Positions 1-9,997 are shown, counted from the stretch's first letter. The stretch is 64,000 bases of DNA from Leptospiraceae bacterium (GCA_040217195.1 JAVJNR010000010.1:1-64000); one strand, 5' to 3'. Made by a program: numbers and translations. Notes: generated by a model not told the origin, from the letters alone.

Positions 1-1641
1 ACTTTTTTGCGCGGGCATGCGCCCAGGGAAGGTATGTCCCTTTTTGGTTTTCTGGACCGGGGATACAGTTACCTGCTTTCGCGGGCTCTACAAAAAAGAA
101 CCCTGATCGTGGGGCTTTCCCTTTTGCTGCTCGTTTTAGGCGGATGGGTAGGCAGGAGCCTTGGAGGAGAGTTCATTCCTACACTGTACGAAAGGGCCAT
201 TGCCATGCAATTCGTCCGGCCTCCATCCATTTCGGTCGATTCCTCGGTAAAGCTGGAGCGTTTGTCCCATAAAGTCATACAATCCTTTCCGGAGGTAGAT
301 CAGGTATTTACTCGAATTGGAGCGGCCGAAATTGCCACCGACCCCATGGGGGTTAATATCGGGGATAGCTACATCATGTTAAAACCAAGGCAGAAGTGGC
401 CGGAAGTAGACGGTGAAGTTCGCACGCCGAATCAGCTCAGGGATGCGTTAAGGTCTGCTGTGCAGAAGGCCGTTCCCGGCCAGAGAATCCTGATGAGTCA
501 GCCTATTCAGCTGCGATTCAATGAGCTTCTGGAAGGTTCTCGGTCCGATTTAACGCTCAAGATCTATGGAGACGATCTGGAGAAGCTGCAGCATCTAAGC
601 GAAGAAGCTGCAGCGTTGCTGTCTTCCGTTCCCGGCTCCGGGAACCCTGAATCGGAGATTCGAGGACAGATACCCATCATAAAGGTCGAACCCCGAACCG
701 AAGTACTGCAAAGACTGGGGCTATCGCGAAAGGAAATACTGGACACGGTGCAGATGGGCCTGGGCGGCCATGATACCGGCTTTCTCTATCGAGGAGTGCG
801 TCGATTCCCTATCCGAATTCGGCTGAAGGAGGAAGATCGCAGTCTGTCCGGGCTGTCCGAATTGCCGGTAGGAGTAACCGATAGCTCCACGGAACCTCTG
901 GACAAGCTTGCCCGGATCTATGAGACGCGCACCTTCGAAATGATCAAACGGGATTCCATGCAACGACGGGGTGCCATTCTAATCAACCCCACCGGCGGAG
1001 ATACGGCGGGCTTTGTGGAAGTCGCGAACCGGGCACTGAAGGATCTGGAATTGCCACCAGGCTATTACACCGAATGGGGTGGCAGCTTCGAAAACCTGCA
1101 GAAGGCCAGAAGCCGGCTCCTGATCGTTGCTCCGCTGGCCTTTCTTATTGTTTCGTTGATGATCTATTCTGCATTTCGGAGCTGGATTCGGACCCTCATG
1201 GTGCTGGCCGGGGTACCTTTCGCTCTGGTGGGCGGCGTACTGGCACTTGCCATTTCCGGCCAGTCCCTCAGCATTTCCGCTTCCGTGGGCTTTATTGCAC
1301 TTTTCGGTATCTCCGTCTTGAACGGAGTCGTACTCATGAGTCGCTACCGGGATCTATCACAGGAAGGTATCGAAGGAGAGGAATTGGCCTTGCAGGGCGC
1401 GCGAAGCAGACTTAGAGCCGTGGCCATGACGGCACTAACAGATATTTTTGGCTTCATGCCCATGATGCTGGCCACAGGTCTGGGCGCTGAAGTTCAGCGG
1501 CCTCTGGCCACCGTTGTAGTCGGAGGAGTGCTCACCTCTTCGTTTGTGATTCTATTTTTCTTTCCGGTCATTCACACATTCCTAGAAGGAGTCCTGAACC
1601 GCGGCGAAGCAGGCAAAATCCAGGGGGATGACTTTCAATGA
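1..1641 (+). CDS. CusA/CzcA-family heavy-metal RND efflux permease, 5' end outside the window
   Basis: Open from base 1; GGEFIPTLYE, ATDPMG, SQPIQLRFNELLEG, GFIALFGISVLNG, RLRAVAMTA and GAEVQRPLATVVVGG are typical of the CzcA/CusA C-terminal half. Confidence 0.95.
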   Translation, partial: TFLRGHAPREGMSLFGFLDRGYSYLLSRALQKRTLIVGLSLLLLVLGGWVGRSLGGEFIPTLYERAIAMQFVRPPSISVDSSVKLERLSHKVIQSFPEVDQVFTRIGAAEIATDPMGVNIGDSYIMLKPRQKWPEVDGEVRTPNQLRDALRSAVQKAVPGQRILMSQPIQLRFNELLEGSRSDLTLKIYGDDLEKLQHLSEEAAALLSSVPGSGNPESEIRGQIPIIKVEPRTEVLQRLGLSRKEILDTVQMGLGGHDTGFLYRGVRRFPIRIRLKEEDRSLSGLSELPVGVTDSSTEPLDKLARIYETRTFEMIKRDSMQRRGAILINPTGGDTAGFVEVANRALKDLELPPGYYTEWGGSFENLQKARSRLLIVAPLAFLIVSLMIYSAFRSWIRTLMVLAGVPFALVGGVLALAISGQSLSISASVGFIALFGISVLNGVVLMSRYRDLSQEGIEGEELALQGARSRLRAVAMTALTDIFGFMPMMLATGLGAEVQRPLATVVVGGVLTSSFVILFFFPVIHTFLEGVLNRGEAGKIQGDDFQ

Positions 1642-2372
1642 AAAAGAATGTTCTCGTACTGGGCGGCTACGGCCTGGCTGGCCGTAGCATTGTGGAAAGC
1701 CTCCTGGATGCAGGGCCCGGGGTGGTGGCCGCCGGTAGAAACAGGAACAAACTCCTGGAACTGGAAAGAAGCCCGGGATCTACGCCTACTCCGGAGGCCC
1801 GGCCTACGTCGCTGAAAACCTGCGTGCTGGATGTTTCGGACAACTCCGAGGCGGGCATTACTGCTCTGAAGCAGGCTATGAACGAGGCAGATGCAGTCAT
1901 AAACTGCGTGGGACCGTTCATCCTCCATGGTAGCCGGATGGCACAAATAGCCATCGATGCGGGAGCCCATTACTTGGACATAGCTTCGGAGCAGGAGCAT
2001 TTGCGGCGTATTGTTGATCTGGATGGACCGGCCCGTAAGGCCGGGTTGAGTGTTCTACCGGGGGCCGGCGCCTACCCTGGTTTGAGCGGCCTTCTCCTTG
2101 GCCGCCTGCTGGAGTGTTATCCCGAAACCGCTGAAGCTACAATCGAGTTGGCTATGTCCTCTAACCCCACCGGTCAGGGCGTGGCCCAGTTGTTGAGCGG
2201 GGCACTGGAAATGATTTTCCCCCTTAACGAGCCCGAAGTAAATTCGCAGAAAGCCATCTTTCCAGGCACAGTTGAGAATCGAGAATTTCCTGCCCCTTTG
2301 GTGTGCTTCCCGCTTTCCGGACCTTATTGTCAGTACCGGTGTATTCGTGATTGTAGTATTCGGTGCAATTAG
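1638..2372 (+). pseudogene. Saccharopine dehydrogenase-like NAD(P)-binding protein, probably 3'-truncated
   Basis: VLVLGGYGLAG Rossmann motif, INCVGPF and HYLDI; the sequence stops looking family-like after REFPAPL (about 2300) and is short for the family. Confidence 0.65.
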
Positions 2373-2467
2373 AATTCTCAAGCTGGCCAAATAACCGGTT
2401 TCCGAGATCTCAATCCTGGATAGAGCGGGATGACGTTATGAGCGAGAAAAGCTGGCAAGCAGATTGT

Positions 2468-2706
2468 CAGCTATCGCGGATTATATGAGCTCGCCGCTTT
2501 CGCTTTGTAGACTCTCGGCAGAGTGCGGTCCATAGTGCCAGAAACCGCTGTGTCAGACTGTATTCGGAAGCTGGGGTGATATCCATACATGATTGTGTAT
2601 CCCGTTCGGGGCTTCGGGATCAGCCACCGGACCCGCTCGGAACTCTCCAGAATATGGTTTTTCCCAGCCGTCTATTCCCGCCGCCGCTCCCGTCCATGCT
2701 GATCGG
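2468..2706. repeat. Diverged direct-repeat copy of 9759-9997; pseudogenised 3' end of the phage head-completion gene
   Basis: Ungapped manual alignment over 239 bp, 28 mismatches (about 88% identity); TAC changed to TAG in the minus-strand frame. Confidence 0.95.
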
Positions 2707-2709
2707 ATT

Positions 2710-3660
2710 CTATCGATATTTTGAACCTTTAGCTATTATCCTCGCCGCAACAGGCGAGGTAATCATCTGGATCACTGCAAAAAAAGTTGCCGGAATCGCT
2801 ATTTCCGAAGGCAGGCCGGATGCCGCTACGAATGCAGCAGCAATGCTAAATTCCTTCTTGCTCACTGTGAAGAGAAAGGCAATCACGTTGGCGCGGTCCG
2901 CAGTCAGGAATCTCGAAGACATTCCCACCAGATACCCGATCAGGTTCAGGCTCAGTGCGGCACCCGCAATCAAAAAGGCATACCAGCCATACCCGATGAT
3001 GCTTTCTGCGTTCGGCCCCACTACAGCAAGCAATATCATTAGATATATGATTGAGCCAAGCCCTGCGTATGTGGAATCATATTGCGCAAAGAATGTTGGA
3101 AGCATTGTACGAAGGCCTACGCCAAGCAAGGTCGGAACCAGAACAATCAAGACCAATTCCAGAATGATCCAGCCCAGGGGCGCTTCCAGCTGAATACCGG
3201 TCAATGACAGAAATAAGAATGGAACGATAAACGGAGATAGCGCCGTGTTGATTGCGTTGAAAACGGCAGCCATGGCAACATTGCCCCGGGCCATCAATAC
3301 TAAAAGCGGGGAAGACACGTCGGTCGGTAGTGTGCCAAGCAGGGTCTGGCCCGCTGCCAATGGGCCACTCCCGAAAAAAAGACGACCGGTCAATAATCCA
3401 GCTACAGACATGGGCCCGTAGACCAGACCCATGGCCAGAAGTTGCTGTGAGGGTTTACGAAAAACGATTCGTGCTTCATGCGCATCGAAAGCCAGGCTTA
3501 TAACCAGCATCAGAAGGGCAAGCAGCGGCCCGATGGCAATTTCTATGAGCTTTCCTGGCCCAGGAAATAGCAAGCCCAGGGCTGCTACACCCATCACAAA
3601 CCAAACAAGATTGGATTCGACGAAGATGATGAATAGTCTCATGTTTCCAGGTTCAGTCAC
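2710..3660 (-). CDS. Bile acid:sodium symporter / Acr3 superfamily transporter (alternative start 3642)
   Basis: About 9-10 hydrophobic segments; LPTDVSSPLLVLMARGNVAMA motif. Confidence 0.85.
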   Translation of the reverse strand: MTEPGNMRLFIIFVESNLVWFVMGVAALGLLFPGPGKLIEIAIGPLLALLMLVISLAFDAHEARIVFRKPSQQLLAMGLVYGPMSVAGLLTGRLFFGSGPLAAGQTLLGTLPTDVSSPLLVLMARGNVAMAAVFNAINTALSPFIVPFLFLSLTGIQLEAPLGWIILELVLIVLVPTLLGVGLRTMLPTFFAQYDSTYAGLGSIIYLMILLAVVGPNAESIIGYGWYAFLIAGAALSLNLIGYLVGMSSRFLTADRANVIAFLFTVSKKEFSIAAAFVAASGLPSEIAIPATFFAVIQMITSPVAARIIAKGSKYR

Positions 3661-3976
3661 CCGCGAATACCAGGAAAGATGTATTCGGGGTTTCCGAATC
3701 CTATAGGGAAGAATTCTTCGGACTAAGGCACTTTAAGTGTGGTGCGAAGTTGAGTGGTTCCTGAATTCTACAGAGCTCGATGGAATGCCGGATAATTGAG
3801 GCGCCCTCGTACTCGCTTTGAATTGGAGCGCCTGAAATGGACCACCCGCCGAATCCTGTCTGATTGGAATGTCCGTAATATGAGTTTCAAGGATGGTTGC
3901 ATGTATAGCCTATGAATGCATGGTTAATAATCGTAAATATACACGGCGTGGCATAATTTCTACTGCCCCTCCCAAA

Positions 3977-4705
3977 TCAGGTCTGGAATAGAACTCCGTT
4001 GTGCAGCAGCCCGTTCAGCGTTTGGGTTCCGTATGGAATTATGATAGAGGGATCCCCTTTTATCTCCTCGGCCACCATATTCAACGCCGGGCCTACGGAA
4101 AGGCCCTGTTCGGTCAGAAGTAAAAGAAGCGTGTAGGTGCTTGCATTTAGCTCCATGAATTGAACGCGGTCTTCGCTGTTTCGGAAGGCAACCAGAAACG
4201 TGGGCGCGGGTGTTTCGGGAATGAAATCAGCAGAAATCAGCTGCACTGGATAGGAATACTCATGTAACACCGCAAGCCGGCTCAGCCGTAGGGTATCGCC
4301 AGAATCGATTGGCGGCGGGTTCCGAAAATCTTCTTCCAGCTCGGACAGCTCCAGAAATAGTTCCAGCCACTCGTAGTAGGCCAGCTCCCGGACAAACGGA
4401 AAGGGAAACGATTCGGGCACCGCCGAGATAAAGTCCAGAAAATCCCGGGCAATGTTGCGAAAAAGCGGGGATTGGCATCGATGCTCTGTGAGAAACGTTC
4501 GGATGGCTCGGTGCCAGGTTTCTTTTGCTGCAATGCTGTGCAGGACCGGAAAGGCCCGTCGAATTAATCCTTCCAGATTGTTAAATACAAGATCCCGATA
4601 GATTTCGCAGGCCCGGCTATGGTATTGCTCGGGCGCCCGGGCGCTATCCGGGGCACGTAAATGGGCGGTGAACCGCTTTTGAAGTTTCTGAAAATCCCTT
4701 TCCAT
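3977..4705 (-). CDS. DUF2063 / HvfC-like RiPP maturation partner protein
   Basis: QKRFTAHLR, IYRDLVFNNLEG, SPLF, ELAYYEWLEL; lies directly downstream of DUF692. Confidence 0.9.
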   Translation of the reverse strand: MERDFQKLQKRFTAHLRAPDSARAPEQYHSRACEIYRDLVFNNLEGLIRRAFPVLHSIAAKETWHRAIRTFLTEHRCQSPLFRNIARDFLDFISAVPESFPFPFVRELAYYEWLELFLELSELEEDFRNPPPIDSGDTLRLSRLAVLHEYSYPVQLISADFIPETPAPTFLVAFRNSEDRVQFMELNASTYTLLLLLTEQGLSVGPALNMVAEEIKGDPSIIIPYGTQTLNGLLHNGVLFQT

Positions 4706-4777
4706 TGGTTTAGCCAGTCATTTGAAATTTCTGAGACATTGGTATAGCCGGGCGTTCGAAAATCCTCTGAAATTGGC

Positions 4778-5659
4778 TTAATCATACATGTCAATATCAC
4801 CGGGCGCCTGACCCGATGATGGATCCGCGGCCGCATCATTCTGTAGCTGGCGGATCCGATTTATTTCTTTCATAAGCGAATCCATTTCGGGTATGTTGAA
4901 GTCCCTTTCCAGAAGCGTTGGTTTTACTCCATGCAATTCATAGGCAAGTGCCAGAAGAGACCAGACCGGATCGATTACATCGCTTCCATGGGTGTCGATC
5001 AGCGTTCCATCCAGCTCTTTCAGATGGCCTGCAATATGATAGTATTCGATTTGCCGGGCTGGAATCTTGGAAATAAAATCCCGGGCATCGTATCCATGAT
5101 TCTGGCTGTTAACATGAACGTTGTTTACGTCCAGCAGGATCCGGGCCCCGGATCGGGCGATGATTTCCAGAAAGAAATCCAGTTCTGACATCTCCGCCCC
5201 GGGTTGCGCATAGGCCGAAACGTTCTCCAGGATAAGAGGCCTTTCCAGGATATCCTGCACTATGCGAATCCGTTCCGACACATATTCGATGGCTTCTTCG
5301 GTGAATGGAATGGGCAGAAGATCATACAGATGTCCATCATCGCTGCAATAACTCAAATGTTCGCTGTAGTACAACACCGCGTGCATTTCGAGAAAGGATT
5401 TTACCTCTTTGACGAAATCCAGGTCCAGAGGAGCCGGGGAACCGATGGAAAGGGACAGACCGTGACAGAAAAACGGAAATCGTTCCGTGTAGGAGCGAAG
5501 GATCCGTCCCGGTCGGCCCCCGATGCCCATCCAGTTCTCCGGCGCCACCTCAAAAAAATCCAGGTTGCTGGCAGTTGCAGACTCGGGGCCGTTCAGGGCC
5601 GCAAGCATATCCCGTCGCAGGCCCAGCCCGGCATAGAGTTCAGTGGTCGTGTATGACAT
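4778..5659 (-). CDS. DUF692 multinuclear non-heme iron oxidative enzyme (MNIO, HvfB-like)
   Basis: GLGLRR, EVAPENW, HGLSLSIG, YSEHLS, LENVS, LLDVNN, HIAGH, IDTHG, LLERD motifs. Confidence 0.95.
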   Translation of the reverse strand: MSYTTTELYAGLGLRRDMLAALNGPESATASNLDFFEVAPENWMGIGGRPGRILRSYTERFPFFCHGLSLSIGSPAPLDLDFVKEVKSFLEMHAVLYYSEHLSYCSDDGHLYDLLPIPFTEEAIEYVSERIRIVQDILERPLILENVSAYAQPGAEMSELDFFLEIIARSGARILLDVNNVHVNSQNHGYDARDFISKIPARQIEYYHIAGHLKELDGTLIDTHGSDVIDPVWSLLALAYELHGVKPTLLERDFNIPEMDSLMKEINRIRQLQNDAAADPSSGQAPGDIDMYD

Positions 5660-5705
5660 GGAATTCAGAAGAGTCTCACGGAGCCAGCAAAGTCATGCAG
5701 GATTG

Positions 5706-5963
5706 TCAGTCCTTGTCTTCGCCACATTTACCTTCGCCGCACTTTCCCTCTCCGCATTTACCTTCGCCACATTTACCTTCACCGCACTTTCCCTCGCCGC
5801 ATTTACCTTCCACGGCCATGGTATTCTGGTAGCCATGCGGCAGTATTTCTGCACTAAACGGATTTTGCGAACTCTGCGCATTGGCCGAGCCTGCCGCCAT
5901 GAGTCCGCCGGCCAGGGTCATGCCCACCGCCCAGGTCATTTTTTCAAACTTGTTATTCATCAT
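5706..5963 (-). CDS. HvfA-like RiPP precursor: signal peptide plus six EGKCG repeats
   Basis: Sec-type signal ending SANA, an NPF motif, (EGKCG)x6; GAGGAGG ribosome-binding site. Confidence 0.92.
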   Translation of the reverse strand: MMNNKFEKMTWAVGMTLAGGLMAAGSANAQSSQNPFSAEILPHGYQNTMAVEGKCGEGKCGEGKCGEGKCGEGKCGEGKCGEDKD

Positions 5964-5986
5964 ATAGAGAATCCTCCTCTGAAATA

Positions 5987-6012
5987 TTCGGGGCCTCTCT
6001 TTGCTCGGTTAC
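5987..6012 (-). promoter_or_regulatory. ECF-sigma promoter GTAACC-N16-CGAA upstream of the RiPP precursor
   Basis: Exact match on the minus strand; same consensus as Caulobacter SigF-type promoters of DUF692 operons. Confidence 0.7.
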
Positions 6013-6708
6013 ATTGTTCCTGCGATCCTGAGCCTTTGGGACAAGAATCCCCGGGAAAGACCAGGTGCGTCTGGCCGAGAGTGGTGTCCCAACATTCCTA
6101 TCGATAGGCGGACTGAACCCGGCTGAAACTCGGCTTTCGCCGTCTGATCCATTGGATGGGGCTTGATACGCTGACAACCATTTCGGTTTCACGCGGGGCG
6201 GGATTCTTTGCTGGGTTTGATAGAATATCAGGACTCTTCTTATAAGGGGCTCTATAAATTGTGGGCACCCATTTGGAAAATCTCAGAGTAAAAGGTCAAG
6301 ATGAAGAAGTCAAAAATACTCCGTATAGTTTCAGGGGGGGGGATGGTTCGGAAGATTCCATCGCAAGAGGAGCCCCTCCAAAAACAAAAAATGGATTGGT
6401 CCAGACTTTACTAAAGCGGATATCTTATGGAGCAAGCCTGAATAAAGCTTGGCTTTCTAATACTGCCTGGGTCTCTGCAGGCTCGGAATCGGATATCTAA
6501 CTACATCAAGCGGCCTCCAGTCGGAGAAGAAAGCGTAGATATCTCGAAAATGAGTCCCGTAATCAATTTGCAATGCAAAAAATTGGCCGAAGGGCGTCCG
6601 AAAAAATTGAAGCAAACCGGTTTCGGACTATGGGTAGACCTTCATAATTTGCGCATGGGCAAATTTTCGGAAAACCCAGGCAATTGTTTGTTTTTTCTCT
6701 CCTGCCTA

Positions 6709-6740
6709 TTGACTCTAAACCCTGCTTGAGGCTTTACATT
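6709..6740 (+). promoter_or_regulatory. MerR-family long-spacer promoter/operator
   Basis: TTGACT-20 bp-TACATT with an imperfect CTC...GAG dyad in the spacer, immediately before the merR-family gene. Confidence 0.65.
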
Positions 6741-6744
6741 GAAT

Positions 6745-7215
6745 ATGAGCATGAAGATAGGCGAAGTTGCAAAAAGGACCGACCTGGCTGTTTCGGCCAT
6801 TCGATATTATGAATCTATAGGTCTGGTTAAGCCCGTGAATCGATCGGAATCCGGGTACAGGCTGTATGATCCGAAATGCGTGGACCGGATCTTGTTTATT
6901 CGAAAGGCACAGCAGTCCGGATTGGAACTACAGCAAATTTCCGAGCTGCTAAATCTACAGGGGAAAGAGTTTACCTCTCAGGTATGTAAGACCGTGCAGG
7001 CTTTGATTCAGCGGCGGCGAAACGAATTAAGCGATAGGATCCAAAAGATGCAGCAAATGGATCGGGCCTTGCAAAAACTGGAGAAGGCCTGTGTGACCAG
7101 AGGCGTGGATTTCTGTCCTGCCATCTCATCGCTCATAGACGAAACGATGGAGGAAAAAAGTGCAAAGACCCAAAAAACAAAACCTGGTAAATCGAAACAA
7201 GGAAATCGATTTTGA
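6745..7215 (+). CDS. merR: MerR-family heavy-metal-responsive regulator
   Basis: MKIGEVAK...IRYYE...RSESGYRLY HTH; three Cys at metal-sensing positions (VCK, ACV, FCP); precedes merTP-merA. Confidence 0.85.
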   Translation: MSMKIGEVAKRTDLAVSAIRYYESIGLVKPVNRSESGYRLYDPKCVDRILFIRKAQQSGLELQQISELLNLQGKEFTSQVCKTVQALIQRRRNELSDRIQKMQQMDRALQKLEKACVTRGVDFCPAISSLIDETMEEKSAKTQKTKPGKSKQGNRF

Positions 7216-7314
7216 GCCAGCGCGTTTGAATTTTCAAGAGACTCCGGGGCACCCGAGAGGTCGCGGGAGCGTATCAGGGATAGAGTCCGATCTGGAAACC
7301 AAAGGAGATGTGTG

Positions 7315-7926
7315 ATGAAGAACAAGGAAACCACCAGTAAATACATGGGGGCGGGATTATTGTCTGCAACAGTCGCTTCGCTGTGCTGCATTACTCCGGT
7401 GCTGGCACTTATATCTGGAGCATCCGGTATAGCATCGGCATTCTCCTGGATGGAGCCTGCCAGACCGTATCTCATTGGTTTAACCGTGCTGATCCTGGGG
7501 TTTGCCTGGTATCAGCAGCTCAAGCCAAAGACTGCCGAGGAGATTGAGTGCGAATGCGACGAGGATGGGAACAAGCCATTTATCCAGACGAAAAAGTTTT
7601 TGGGGATCGTTACTGTTTTCGCTGCCCTGATGCTTGCGTTCCCATATTATTCCCGGGTGTTCTTTCCTTCGAGCAGCAATAAAGACCTTGTAGTAGTGAA
7701 TGCTTCTGACGTTGAAACCGTGACTTTTGCCGTGCAGGGCATGACCTGTAATAGTTGCGTTGCGCACGTAGAAAATGAGGTCAATAAGCTTCCGGGTATT
7801 GTTGCGGTGACCGCGAGTTACCGGGAGGGGGTTGTCCGCGTTGAGTTCGACCGAGCCAGAGTTGGCCTCGCAGGAATTGAAGAAAGAATAAACGCCACCG
7901 GCTACGATGTCGTGGGGAGGAGATAG
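7315..7926 (+). CDS. merTP: Mercuric transport protein MerT-MerP fusion
   Basis: ASLCC in the first TM helix, CEC loop, C-terminal HMA domain GMTCNSC. Confidence 0.9.
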   Translation: MKNKETTSKYMGAGLLSATVASLCCITPVLALISGASGIASAFSWMEPARPYLIGLTVLILGFAWYQQLKPKTAEEIECECDEDGNKPFIQTKKFLGIVTVFAALMLAFPYYSRVFFPSSSNKDLVVVNASDVETVTFAVQGMTCNSCVAHVENEVNKLPGIVAVTASYREGVVRVEFDRARVGLAGIEERINATGYDVVGRR

Positions 7927-7927
7927 A

Positions 7928-9580
7928 ATGGATAATGAAACGATAAATCTTAGAGTCTCCGGAATGACCTGTAATCATTGCGCTACAAGCATTGAAAAGC
8001 TGCTTTCCGGTAAAGATGGGGTAACGGATGCAACGGCGAGTTATTCCGGGGCCAGTTGTGCCTGTTCCTTTGACCCTTCCAGAACTACCAGAGAAGAGAT
8101 CATCAATAGCATCAATAGTACAGACAAATATCGGGTTGAGGGTGAGGTCTCGATTGCTGAGGGCGGTAGCGGGGAGCAATTCGATCTCATTATTATAGGT
8201 GGAGGTTCGGCTGCGTTTTCCGCAGCCATCAAGGCCGAGGAACTGGGTCGTTCGACACTGATGGTAAACGCTGGCTTGCCGTTCGGTGGTACCTGCGTGA
8301 ATGTAGGTTGTGTTCCTTCAAAAACCTTGATCCGTGCCGGCGAAGCCGCTTATCAAGGCAGGCATTCGAACTTTCCGGGTATAAAACCTCGAGGTGTGGA
8401 TCTTGACTTTGCTAGCGTTATTAAAAAAAAGAAACACTTGGTTTCGACCCTACAGGAAGAAAAGTATATGAAAGTCATCCGTGACTTCGAGAACCTAACC
8501 CTGCTCACGGGGTGGGCTACATTTCTAGACGATAGAACCATTGAAGTGAATGGTGTAAAATACAAAGGTAACAAATTTCTGATCGCCACGGGGGCTACGA
8601 CTAATGTTCCGAGCATCAAAGGCTTGAACGAAATTGATTATCTCACAAATACTTCTCTTTTTGATCTGGAGGAGAGACCTGCAAGTCTCACTATCATGGG
8701 GGCCGGTTATATAGGGCTGGAAATTGCAATGGCCTACAATCGACTCGGTGTGAAGATCAGAATTATCGAATTTACGGATCGTGTTTTACGGACACAGACA
8801 CCAGATATAAGCGCCGCTCTCGAGTCTCAGATGCGGAAGGAAGGTATAGAAATACTGCCCAATTTCAGGGCAGTGAAATTCGAAAAGCAAGACAATGTAA
8901 CAATTATTCATTGTAAACGTCCGGATGGATCGCTTATGGAAGTGGTGGAGGAAGGACGGGTTGTCATCGCCACCGGCACAAAACCCAATACCGATAAGCT
9001 GGGATTGGAAAATGTAGGCTTGGAATTCACACCAAAGGGGGAAATTGCTGTAAATAGCAGGATGGAAACGAACCTGCTCCACATTTTCGCAGCCGGCGAT
9101 GTAACAAATACCCCCGCCTTTGTCTATACGGCCGCATTTGAAGGCAAGTTGGCTGTGGAGAATGCTTACGGTGCCCCGGGACACCATGCAGACTACTCTT
9201 ATCTGCCATGGGTAGTGTTTACCGACCCCCAGGTGGCAGGTGTGGGAATGGATGAAGCCGAGGCCGAAGCCAGTGGTATTCCGCATGAGGTTTCTAAACT
9301 CGGTCTGGAAAATGTTCCGAGAGCCATCGCTGCACAGGACATGCGCGGCTTCATCAAGCTGATCAGGAATTCGGAAAATGATAAACTCATGGGCGCCAGG
9401 ATAGTTGCACCGGAGGGCGGAGAGCTCACCATGCAACTGAGTATGGCGATCAGGTACGGAATAACCGTACAGGATCTTGCGCAGACTTTCTACCCATACC
9501 TGACGCTAGGCGAAGGTGTAAAACTGGCAGCCATAGCTTTTGGGAAGGATGTATCAAAATTAAGTTGCTGCGCCAGTTAG
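7928..9580 (+). CDS. merA: Mercuric reductase
   Basis: N-terminal GMTCNHC domain, GGGSAA, GGTCVNVGCVPSK, FYPYLT, C-terminal LSCCAS. Confidence 0.97.
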   Translation: MDNETINLRVSGMTCNHCATSIEKLLSGKDGVTDATASYSGASCACSFDPSRTTREEIINSINSTDKYRVEGEVSIAEGGSGEQFDLIIIGGGSAAFSAAIKAEELGRSTLMVNAGLPFGGTCVNVGCVPSKTLIRAGEAAYQGRHSNFPGIKPRGVDLDFASVIKKKKHLVSTLQEEKYMKVIRDFENLTLLTGWATFLDDRTIEVNGVKYKGNKFLIATGATTNVPSIKGLNEIDYLTNTSLFDLEERPASLTIMGAGYIGLEIAMAYNRLGVKIRIIEFTDRVLRTQTPDISAALESQMRKEGIEILPNFRAVKFEKQDNVTIIHCKRPDGSLMEVVEEGRVVIATGTKPNTDKLGLENVGLEFTPKGEIAVNSRMETNLLHIFAAGDVTNTPAFVYTAAFEGKLAVENAYGAPGHHADYSYLPWVVFTDPQVAGVGMDEAEAEASGIPHEVSKLGLENVPRAIAAQDMRGFIKLIRNSENDKLMGARIVAPEGGELTMQLSMAIRYGITVQDLAQTFYPYLTLGEGVKLAAIAFGKDVSKLSCCAS

Positions 9581-9731
9581 CCATGAACCGATGTCCGGAA
9601 CCGATCCAGCGAAATCCCGGGGCGGAATTGTAAGGAGTCAGGGAGTCGCTTGGGTCGTCCGATACTTATCTTTAAGAGCTTCCCGCGGATAGTGATGAAA
9701 AAAGATAGGGAGTCTTGAAAGGTTAGCGAAG

Positions 9732-9755
9732 GCCCCGCCCGGTTCGCGGCGGGGC
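9732..9755. terminator. GC-rich hairpin between convergent merA and the phage gene
   Basis: GCCCCGCC-N8-GGCGGGGC perfect stem; U-tract is weak. Confidence 0.5.
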
Positions 9756-9758
9756 TGA

Positions 9759-9997
9759 CAGCTATCGCGGATTATACGAGCTCGCCGCTTTCGCCTTGTA
9801 GATTCTTGGCAGAGTGCGGTCCATGGAGCCGGAGACAGTGGTGTCAGACTGGATCCTGAAGCTGGGGTGATATTCATACATGATCGTGTATCCGGTTCGG
9901 GGCTTCGGGATCAGCCACCGGACCCGCTCGGAACTCTCCAGAATAAGCTCTCTCCCGACCCTGTATTCCCGCAAACGCTCCCGTCCATGCTGATCGG
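9759..9997. repeat. Second copy of the 239-bp direct repeat (intact gene end)
   Basis: About 88% identical to 2468-2706. Confidence 0.95.

Noticed and set aside
5721..5810. CRISPR-like or non-coding tandem repeat
   Set aside because: 15-bp coding repeats of EGKCG with synonymous variation and no spacers.
6193..6700. ORF 6261-6500 or a riboswitch between the RiPP and mer operons
   Set aside because: No RBS, recognisable motif or RNA structure I can support.
9581..9761. att site or transposon end at the mer/phage boundary
   Set aside because: No integrase, transposase, tRNA or terminal inverted repeat could be identified.
2468..9997. Diversity-generating retroelement TR/VR pair
   Set aside because: Mismatches involve all four bases instead of only adenines, and no reverse transcriptase is in the window.
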